DNA of 48,665 nt from a virus (taxonomy: Duplodnaviria > Caudoviricetes), in IMG/VR virus record IMGVR_UViG_3300012913_000003, positions 1-48,665 of that record. One strand, written 5' to 3'. The notes under the pieces were generated by a model. That model saw only the letters and a program-made list of their open reading frames with translations, searched no databases and was not told the DNA's origin. Below are positions 28,392 through 35,156 of the stretch, piece by piece (position 1 is the first letter of the stretch; every line of letters begins with the position of its first letter). Made by a program: the position numbers and the translations under genes.

Positions 28392-28881
28392 CAGCCCGAA
28401 CCTCGACGAGATCCCGGTCGCGCTCTACCGCTTCTTCGACGCCGATAACGAGCTGCTCTACGTCGGCATCACGATCAACCCCAGCGCGCGGTTCGCCAAG
28501 CACCGAGCCGTCGCGGCCTGGTGGTCGGCGGCCGACCACAAGACGATCACCTGGTTCGACACCCGAGAGGACGCGGTCAAGGCCGAACTGGCCGCCATCC
28601 GGTCGGAGAGCCCGCGCTACAACCTGGCCGGAACCAAGGCCTTCAACGGTGGCGGAGGGCGGCCCGTCACGGTGCTCACCGACCAGCAGCGCGCTGCCCT
28701 CGCCGACCTCGCACTGAAGGCCGACGCGGCGCGCGACGCCGAGGCTCTGATGTGGCAGGCGGCGCTGGACGCGCGGGCTGCCGGCGTTCCTGACGTGCTT
28801 CTGTGCGAGGAGTCGGGCCTGAGCCGGGCCACCCTGAACCGCAAGTTCGGCCCCCGGCGCGAGCTGCTGGCGAGCCGATGA
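28384..28881 (+). CDS. GIY-YIG nuclease-like domain fused to C-terminal HTH
   Basis: ALYRFFD...LLYVGIT...RFAKH...AE..AI..E.P.YN; C-terminal LCEESGLSRATLNRKF. Confidence 0.75.
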   Translation: MSDSPNLDEIPVALYRFFDADNELLYVGITINPSARFAKHRAVAAWWSAADHKTITWFDTREDAVKAELAAIRSESPRYNLAGTKAFNGGGGRPVTVLTDQQRAALADLALKADAARDAEALMWQAALDARAAGVPDVLLCEESGLSRATLNRKFGPRRELLASR

Positions 28882-28900
28882 CCTGACCGCCTGGGACGCA

Positions 28901-28937
28901 AGAACGGCCCCTCACCTTCGCGGGTGAGGGCCGTTCT
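28901..28937. terminator. Terminator between convergent genes
   Basis: AGAACGGCCCCTCACC...GGTGAGGGCCGTTCT long stem. Confidence 0.7.
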
Positions 28938-28944
28938 GCGTTGC

Positions 28945-29151
28945 TCAGCTCTCCGGCTTCTCGGCGATCTCGGGCCGGTGCTCGCGGATCCAGCGTTCGA
29001 CGTCGGTGGAGCGCCACACCTTGCCGCGGGCGAGCTGCCGCCACGGGTCGGGGAAGTCCTTGCGGCCCACGATGATGTAGGCGCGCTGGGTGGAGACGCC
29101 GAGGCGTTCGCGGATCTCCTGCGCGCCCATCGGGAACAGCTCCTCGGCCAT
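28945..29151 (-). CDS. AlpA/excisionase-like HTH DNA-binding protein
   Basis: MGAQEIRERLGVSTQR...DFPDP...KVWRSTDVERW. Confidence 0.75.
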   Translation of the reverse strand: MAEELFPMGAQEIRERLGVSTQRAYIIVGRKDFPDPWRQLARGKVWRSTDVERWIREHRPEIAEKPES

Positions 29152-29311
29152 ACCCCTGAAGGTAGACAGCCCGTGATCTTGATGTAACGCAAACGGTCTA
29201 AGGGGTATGGCCTAGGGGGTTGATATGGACTAACCTCCCCTGCATCGGGAGGCGGGTGTCAGGCAGGTAGGCCGGCGCCCGTCGCCCTCCCGCAGCGGAG
29301 GGGTTGAGGCC

Positions 29312-29551
29312 ATGTACCACCAGGGCGACCGCGTCACCATCGAGCCGATCGACGCCGACCCGTGGATCCTGCACATGCAGCAGCAGGTCACCGTCGACTC
29401 CCGGCACGCGGGCGGCGGCTACATGGTCAAGGTCGGCTCGGCGTCGGACGACAACACCGTTCATGGACCGATCCCCGACGCCCGGCTCCGGCCCGGCTGG
29501 GTCGAGCAGGACGGCACGGTCCGCGTCGGCATGAACGGCCGACGCCCGTGA
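29312..29551 (+). CDS. Hypothetical protein
   Basis: RBS GGAGG/GAGG; overlapping stop-start with the next gene. Confidence 0.55.
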   Translation: MYHQGDRVTIEPIDADPWILHMQQQVTVDSRHAGGGYMVKVGSASDDNTVHGPIPDARLRPGWVEQDGTVRVGMNGRRP

Positions 29552-29673
29552 AGGCCTGGATCCACATGCTGTGCGGCAGGGCGGCGAAGTTCCCCGCGGG
29601 CACCGACCCGAACGCCAAGCAGACGCCGTGCCCGAACTGCGGCGTCGCTCTCGGCGGCTGGGCTCCGGCGTGA
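29548..29673 (+). CDS. Small Zn-ribbon-like protein
   Basis: HMLC...CPNC; GTGA overlaps at both ends. Confidence 0.45.
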   Translation: MKAWIHMLCGRAAKFPAGTDPNAKQTPCPNCGVALGGWAPA

Positions 29674-30005
29674 ACGGCCCGGTGATGGACTTCTTCGCCA
29701 CCCCGGCGCCCCTCGGGCGCAAGGGTCAGGTGCGGTCTCTCGGCGACCGGAACCGGCGGGTGCTGGCCAAGCGGGCCGGCGACCCGAAGGGCTCGGCTGA
29801 GGCGTGCGAGGACCTGGAGCGCGCGCACCCTGGCATCGTCGTCTGCTGGTTCCCGCGCAACACCTGCCGCGGCTTCGAGCGCGATCCTGGCTTCTACGCC
29901 TGGCCGGCCGGCACCGATCCGGGTTGGATGTCGACGACCGGCTGGGTACGGCGGCACGAGTGGTACGGCGCGACGGCCGAGGAGCTGGCCGTACAGCTTC
30001 CCTAG
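29670..30005 (+). CDS. Hypothetical protein
   Basis: GTGA overlap with the upstream gene. Confidence 0.5.
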   Translation: MNGPVMDFFATPAPLGRKGQVRSLGDRNRRVLAKRAGDPKGSAEACEDLERAHPGIVVCWFPRNTCRGFERDPGFYAWPAGTDPGWMSTTGWVRRHEWYGATAEELAVQLP

Positions 30006-30199
30006 TCCTCGGCCGGGTCGGGCCGGTGCACGGCCGCCCATGCTTCGACGTCGTCGCGGTGCCAGACCCTGCCCATGGCGAGCACGGCGACCGGCCGCGG
30101 GAAGTCGGGACGGCGGACGATGGAGTCGACCCGCTGGGCGCTGACGCCGCCGAAGCGCACGCGGAGCTCGGCCGTGCCCATGAGCGGAATCGGGTCCAT
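30002..30199 (-). CDS. AlpA/excisionase-like HTH protein (paralog of 28945-29151)
   Basis: MGTAELRVRFGGVSAQR...DFPRP...RVWHRDDVEAW. Confidence 0.72.
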   Translation of the reverse strand: MDPIPLMGTAELRVRFGGVSAQRVDSIVRRPDFPRPVAVLAMGRVWHRDDVEAWAAVHRPDPAED

Positions 30200-30456
30200 T
30201 GGGGCGACCGTAGGGATACCGCAAGTTGCTGATCATCACGTTGGTGACCACCAACTAGGCAGCCCGCATCCTGCACCGAGAGGTAGCGCTTGGCAACAGT
30301 CTGTGCGGGGGAATGGCCGATCATCCCATTGCACTGTGTCTGGACGTGATCACTGAGCGTGGATCTCGGGGGTCGGGTGGGCCGTTACGACGATGACGTT
30401 CCCGCAGCTCACGGCGAATAGTCGGCACTCTCAGAGATCCACCGGGGAGGGATCCA

Positions 30457-30792
30457 ATGCTCAACGCGGTCAACGCAATCATCTATCTACCGATCGGCAT
30501 AGCCCTCGACAGCGTCTACTCCAGACAGTGCATGCAGCACGTCGTCCGCCGCGGCTACGAGCTGCTCACCATCGTCCAGCAGTGGTCCGCCGTCGAGCAG
30601 CTCCTGAAGGCCGGCCGCGCCCAGGTCGTCGTCTTCGCCAGCCGGGATCACTGGAGCGACGACTTCTCGCCGCGGATCGAGTTCGTCGGCGAAGACACCG
30701 TCGACCTGGTCCGCATCGGCCGCTCCCGGCCACGCAACGAGCGCCGGACGGGCGACGACCGCAGTCGCCGCCCGGGCCGCATCACCCGCTGA
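30457..30792 (+). CDS. Hypothetical protein
   Basis: RBS GGGGAGG; converges on the recombinase gene. Confidence 0.5.
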   Translation: MLNAVNAIIYLPIGIALDSVYSRQCMQHVVRRGYELLTIVQQWSAVEQLLKAGRAQVVVFASRDHWSDDFSPRIEFVGEDTVDLVRIGRSRPRNERRTGDDRSRRPGRITR

Positions 30793-30799
30793 AGACCGA

Positions 30800-31627
30800 T
30801 CACACCGCGACCGGAAGGCTGGCCACAGCGGCCGCCATCCGGTCGCGATTGACCTCTACGTATCTCCTGGTGGTGCCCGGTTCGGAGTGGCCGAGTAGCT
30901 CCTGCACCGCGACCAGATCCCGGGTGCTGTCGTAGGTCATCGTCGCGAACCGGTGCCGCAGGGTGTGCATGCTGATCCCCCGGAAGCCGAGCTTCGCAAT
31001 CCGGTAGTTCCCGCGGTGCGCTACCTGCGCCGCCGTCAGCCGGCGGCCGGCATCGTCGACCGCGATCGGGCCGGACGGCAGACCCTTGACCGCCTCCCAG
31101 ATCAGCGGATGGCACGGCACGAACCGCTCCCGGTCACCCTTGCCGTGCAGCCAGATCCGCTCGGCCGTGATGTCATCGCGGTTGAGCCGGCTGATCTCGA
31201 TGCACCGCAACCCCCCGAATGCGGCCAGCAACACCCAGACCAGGAACGGCATCGGGATCCGCCCCCGGATCTCGGCCAGGATCCGCTCCGGCGCCGGCTT
31301 CGGCTTGCCCTTCGTCGGCTTGATCTCCGGCAGCTCCGCGGTCGCGTCGAAGTCCAGCCGGGGCCGCTTGGGATCGGTCGCCCACCGGCCGAACCCCCGC
31401 AGGATCCGCACGTAGTGCGAGCGGGTCGTCTTGCCGCGCTCGCCGCCGCCGCGTTTGGCCGGCGACGTGGAGAACAGCCAGTCCTCGAGCTCCTCGGTGC
31501 TGGCCGAGTACAGCCCGTACGGCAGCTCCCGGTCGGCCTGGCGCAGGGTGCGGACGTAGGTGGCGATCGTGTTGGGGGAGCGGTCGAGCCGGCGCAGGTG
31601 CCGCTCGTAGTCGTCGATCAGGTCCAC
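30800..31627 (-). CDS. int: Tyrosine recombinase/integrase (short, XerC/D-like)
   Basis: Catalytic R (GLRCIEI), K (HGKG), HxxR (HTLRHRFAT), H (LLGHS) and Y (TTRRY). Confidence 0.92.
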   Translation of the reverse strand: MDLIDDYERHLRRLDRSPNTIATYVRTLRQADRELPYGLYSASTEELEDWLFSTSPAKRGGGERGKTTRSHYVRILRGFGRWATDPKRPRLDFDATAELPEIKPTKGKPKPAPERILAEIRGRIPMPFLVWVLLAAFGGLRCIEISRLNRDDITAERIWLHGKGDRERFVPCHPLIWEAVKGLPSGPIAVDDAGRRLTAAQVAHRGNYRIAKLGFRGISMHTLRHRFATMTYDSTRDLVAVQELLGHSEPGTTRRYVEVNRDRMAAAVASLPVAV

Positions 31628-31629
31628 GG

Positions 31630-31872
31630 TCAGGCTTCCTCTCCGGCGAGCGCTTCGGCCAGGGCGTCGAGCACGACGAGCGTGCCGACGCGGGCCTGGC
31701 GATCGGTGATGGCGGGGCTGGCGTGCAGCGCCTCGATCTGGTCGACGGCGACGGCGTAGGCGGCTTCCGGTGCGCGGTTGCGCATCCGGTCGGCGAGGGT
31801 GCCGACGAGCTGGTGTCGGGCGCTGGCGCGGTCCATCGTCCGAGCGTTGTCCGGTGTGCGGGATCTGGGCAT
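31630..31872 (-). CDS. Hypothetical protein
   Basis: Lies between repressor and integrase on the same strand. Confidence 0.55.
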   Translation of the reverse strand: MPRSRTPDNARTMDRASARHQLVGTLADRMRNRAPEAAYAVAVDQIEALHASPAITDRQARVGTLVVLDALAEALAGEEA

Positions 31873-31883
31873 CGGTCGCGGAC

Positions 31884-32339
31884 CTATCGCTGGGTGGGCC
31901 GGTCGCCGGGGCGGACCGGGTTGGGCCGCCGCTTGCGTGCCGGAACGGCTGAGACGGGGCGGGTGTGGCCGGGCTTCGGCTGCCTGATCGGCCGAGGCGG
32001 CTTGCGGGATTCCGGCACCGGGCTCACCCCTTCGGGTCGGCCGACGAGAGCTTGTCCTATCGTCACGAGCCGCTCGGCGGGCGCTTGATCAAAATCCCGC
32101 CCCGACCCCCTGTCCTTGGGGATCAGGTCGGCGATGTCGACGTCGAGGACCTGGGCGATTGCCTCCAGGTCGTCAAGGTCGAATGCGACTGCCCCGTTGA
32201 GCCGCCGGGAGAAGTACGGCTGGCTCTTGCCGATCTGTTTGGCGAGCTGGACGCCGCTCATCCGGCGTCTGGCCAGCAGTGCTCGGACCTCTTCGGCGAC
32301 TGCTGGCCCTAGCCGCCTCTGGGTTGACCCCTCATCCAT
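31884..32339 (-). CDS. Immunity repressor (XRE/Cro-CI HTH)
   Basis: VRALLARRRMSGVQLAKQIGKSQPYFSRRLNG HTH; divergent from a Cro-like paralog. Confidence 0.8.
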   Translation of the reverse strand: MDEGSTQRRLGPAVAEEVRALLARRRMSGVQLAKQIGKSQPYFSRRLNGAVAFDLDDLEAIAQVLDVDIADLIPKDRGSGRDFDQAPAERLVTIGQALVGRPEGVSPVPESRKPPRPIRQPKPGHTRPVSAVPARKRRPNPVRPGDRPTQR

Positions 32340-32480
32340 GCGTTACATGTTGGTCGGTCACCGACCATGAACGCAAGCCTTAGACGGTGCCTAATCGACG
32401 TAATCCGATGCGGTAGACCTCTGACCTGGCAGTAGTCTTTTTCCTTGACTCCTATGCGCTAAGCGACTAACTTAGTCGGC
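32340..32480. promoter_or_regulatory. Lysis/lysogeny switch: divergent, probably leaderless promoters with palindromic operators
   Basis: Rightward TTGACT(32445)-N17-TAACTT(32468), 7 nt before the cro ATG. Leftward TTGCGT-N18-CAACAT, 7 nt before the repressor ATG. Palindromes TGGTCGGT-C-ACCGACCA (32351-32367) and CGACTAA-C-TTAGTCG (32464-32478). Confidence 0.75.
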
Positions 32481-32711
32481 ATGCCAGCATCCCCCTTCAC
32501 AGAACTCGTCGCGGAGAACGTCCGCGCCGAGATGGGCCGCGCTCGCGTCTCCGGCGTTCAGCTGGCTGCGCTCATCGGGAAGACCCACCCGTACATGTCC
32601 CGCCGCCTGACCGGAAAAGTCGCTTTCGACACGGACGACCTGACCGCGATCAGCAGCGCGCTCGGCATCAACGTTCTCGACCTCATGCGGGCACCGGAGC
32701 GCGCGGCATGA
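32481..32711 (+). CDS. Cro-like HTH regulator
   Basis: VRAEMGRARVSGVQLAALIGKTHPYMSRRLTG; clear paralog of the repressor HTH. Confidence 0.8.
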   Translation: MPASPFTELVAENVRAEMGRARVSGVQLAALIGKTHPYMSRRLTGKVAFDTDDLTAISSALGINVLDLMRAPERAA

Positions 32712-33223
32712 GCCGGGACTACGTCGCGGAGATGCGCGCGGTCATCGACGCCGAGGCGACCGGGACGTACGTGCCCGGCATCGTCGCGGCCCACATCGTC
32801 GAGAAGCTCCGCGAGACCGACGGCGAGTTGCTCTCCGGCTGGCTCGATGCGCAGGCCGAGACGTTCATCCGGCAGGCGATCAACAACCGCGACAACTCCC
32901 AGCGCACGGCGGCTCGGCACTCGCGCCCTCGGTCGGTGTTCGCGGACGACGCCGAGGCGGCCGAGGCGGGTGAGCCGGAGCGGTTGGCCGGCTGGCTCGG
33001 CACGCGGTTCACGGTCGAGGACGGCTCACGCAAGCCGCTGGCTGAGCTGGCGCACGACGAGCTGCTCTTCGTCGCCGACGCGTACGAATCCCGGGCTCGC
33101 GAGAACAAGCTCACGGCCGCCTTCGCCAAGGCCATCGCCCGAAAGGTCAAGACCGGCGTGGTCGGCGATCACTTCACGGATGACCAGCTCAGCACGATGT
33201 GGGACTCGCTGAGCGGGCGTTGA
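32708..33223 (+). CDS. Hypothetical helical protein, candidate accessory gene of the RAMP/array locus
   Basis: ATGA overlap with cro; ends immediately before the repeat array. Confidence 0.7.
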   Translation: MSRDYVAEMRAVIDAEATGTYVPGIVAAHIVEKLRETDGELLSGWLDAQAETFIRQAINNRDNSQRTAARHSRPRSVFADDAEAAEAGEPERLAGWLGTRFTVEDGSRKPLAELAHDELLFVADAYESRARENKLTAAFAKAIARKVKTGVVGDHFTDDQLSTMWDSLSGR

Positions 33224-33228
33224 CGGAT

Positions 33229-33956
33229 GACAACCCACCCCGAGGCATACCGGCCCTCGCCTTCCCGTCCCGACATGCCTTTCCTGCCCCCGGCCGTCCT
33301 CGCCACCCCGACCCAGCCCAGCGCGACTATCCAAGTCCTCCCCTGCCAGGCCCAATCCGCCCCGACTGCCCTTCCCATGCCTGCCCTTCCCGCCTCGACC
33401 CAGGTCGACTCCCCACTCCTTCCCAGCTCCACGCGTCCCGCCCCGACTCCCCATCCCGTCGCACCCCCCGACCGCGTCTCTCCCGACTTCCCTCCCCTTG
33501 CCCCGGCCCTCCAATCCTTCCGACTACCCATCCCCGCCCCAGGCCTCGCGACCCCGCCCGGCCCATACCGACTACCCGACAACCCGGCCCGCAGCTCGCC
33601 CCATCAAGCCCGATCCCTTCCCCGTCCGACTGCCCATCTCAGCCCAGATCTGCCCGGCTCGGCTCACCTCCCTCCCGACTTCCCAGGTCTCGCCAAGGCT
33701 CCACTTCCCGCTCCGACGCCCCCGCCCTTCCCCGCCCAGCTCGTCTCGCCGCGCCCCACCCCGCTCCGACTTCCCGACCCACCTGCAACCCATCCCCGGT
33801 CCATCCCAGGCCCTCCCGTCCCATCCCGCGCCGACTTCCCGCCGCAACCCGACCCTGGCCCTTCCGCCTCCGACTGCCCTCGCCTACCCCATCGCCGCCC
33901 CCGCCAAGCCGACTACCCAGAGATCCCCTCCCCATCCCGACCCCTCCGACTACCCC
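33229..33956. ncRNA. Array of about 16 pentamer-periodic units (CCGACTNCCC-bounded, NN-CCC modules); putative guide-RNA (VIPR-like) array
   Basis: CGAC delimiters at 33271, 33324, 33363, 33406, 33444, 33484, 33521, 33569, 33627, 33676, 33714, 33767, 33832, 33871, 33910 and 33947. 5-nt periodicity between them. Abuts a RAMP-like gene. Confidence 0.7.
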
Positions 33957-33969
33957 AAGGAGACATGAC

Positions 33970-34641
33970 GTGACCAGCGTGTTTGCCAAATTCCAGCCCG
34001 ACATGTTCCCGTACCGCTTCTCCGGCGAGCTGCTCGTCGGCTGCATCGCCGGTGGCACCCCGACCGACCCGAACGTCGCCGAGGGCTGGATCAAGACCAA
34101 GCTCGGCGCGAAGGACGACCTGCTCCGCGAGATGGTCGCCGAGACCATGGTCGAGCGCGGCGTCACCGCCGACGAGGCCGCCAAGGTCGTCGACAGCCTC
34201 AAGCACCTCAACGGCTTCAAGCGTGACCCCGAGCACGGCCTCTACATCGAGGGCCGCCAGCTCAAGGCCGCGCTCAAGGAGGCCGCCTCCTGCGCCGTCG
34301 CCGCCGGCAAGCTCAACGCCCGCGGCTGGGGCAAGACGAACAAGGGCCTGCTGTCCTACCTCGCCGAGCACGTCTTCGTCGTCGAGGACCGGCTCTACCT
34401 CGGTGTGGCCGAGCCGAGCGGCATCAACCAGCGCTTCGTCCACACCTTCCGCGGCTCCGGCATCCAGTACGAGGAGTACGTCGAGGACGCCAAGATCTCG
34501 TTCACGGTCATGGCCGACCACGACTTCTCCGAGAAGGAGTGGGCCGCGATCTGGACCTCCGGCGAGCAGCAGGGCATCGGAGCTTCCCGCTCGCAGGGCT
34601 ACGGCCGGTACGAGGTCACCCGCTGGGACCGGCAGGCATGA
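33970..34641 (+). CDS. Stand-alone Cas7/RAMP-like protein (Vipr-like)
   Basis: RBS AAGGAG with GTG at 33970. LYIEGRQLKAALKEAA resembles the RAMP YIPGSSLKGALR motif; C-terminal G-loop GIGASRSQGYGRYEV. Confidence 0.8.
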   Translation: MTSVFAKFQPDMFPYRFSGELLVGCIAGGTPTDPNVAEGWIKTKLGAKDDLLREMVAETMVERGVTADEAAKVVDSLKHLNGFKRDPEHGLYIEGRQLKAALKEAASCAVAAGKLNARGWGKTNKGLLSYLAEHVFVVEDRLYLGVAEPSGINQRFVHTFRGSGIQYEEYVEDAKISFTVMADHDFSEKEWAAIWTSGEQQGIGASRSQGYGRYEVTRWDRQA

Positions 34642-34967
34642 CCACCGCCTCGACGTCCGTCCCGCCGGGCACGCCCCCACCGTCCCCGCCGCCCGGCGGC
34701 CCGACCCACCCGGGGCCCACGCACCCGCCGTCGAAGTACGCCGCCGTCTTCGACCTGCTGGTCGCTGAGATCGGCGCCTCGCTGCGCCACCTGCTCGCGC
34801 AGGGCGTGGACGGCAGGGCTGTGCTCGCCGCCCGCTTGGCCGCGCTCGGCGGCGAAGGCGGCTCGGGTTTCGCCCTGCCGGTGACGCCCCGGTTCTCGAT
34901 GGGCGCGTACCCCGACGGGTCGCCCATCCCGCCCGGCACGCCGCCCACGCCGCCGCCCGCTGATTAG
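34638..34967 (+). CDS. Pro-rich hypothetical protein
   Basis: ATGA overlap with the RAMP gene; Pro-rich termini around a helical core. Confidence 0.5.
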   Translation: MTTASTSVPPGTPPPSPPPGGPTHPGPTHPPSKYAAVFDLLVAEIGASLRHLLAQGVDGRAVLAARLAALGGEGGSGFALPVTPRFSMGAYPDGSPIPPGTPPTPPPAD

Positions 34968-35002
34968 CAAGACGTTCGCAACGGATTGGCAAGGAGAAGC
35001 GC

Positions 35003-35077
35003 ATGGACCTCATCCCGATCGGCAGCAAGCCCCCGCCGCCGCCGCCGCCCCCGCCGCCGAAGCCCGACCCGAAGTGA
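35003..35077 (+). CDS. 24-aa polyproline peptide MDLIPIGSK(P10)KPDPK
   Basis: Strong RBS AAGGAG upstream; below the ORF-track cutoff. Confidence 0.45.
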   Translation: MDLIPIGSKPPPPPPPPPPKPDPK

Positions 35078-35156
35078 AAGACGGCGGGCCACCCGGATTC
35101 GCCCCAGGTCGCCCGCCAGATCACCGGATCAACCCTCCACCAAGAAAGGCCATCCG

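Noticed and set aside
30457-30792. Serine recombinase catalytic fragment
   Set aside because: The resemblance is superficial and the YxRxS catalytic motif is absent.
33229-33956. Canonical CRISPR array
   Set aside because: There is no conserved 23-47 bp repeat. Only a ~10-nt degenerate delimiter is present, and the intervening sequence is itself periodic.
33199-34641. 480-aa ORF as one protein
   Set aside because: The N-terminal half is just the array read through. An RBS and GTG at 33970 define the real RAMP-like gene.
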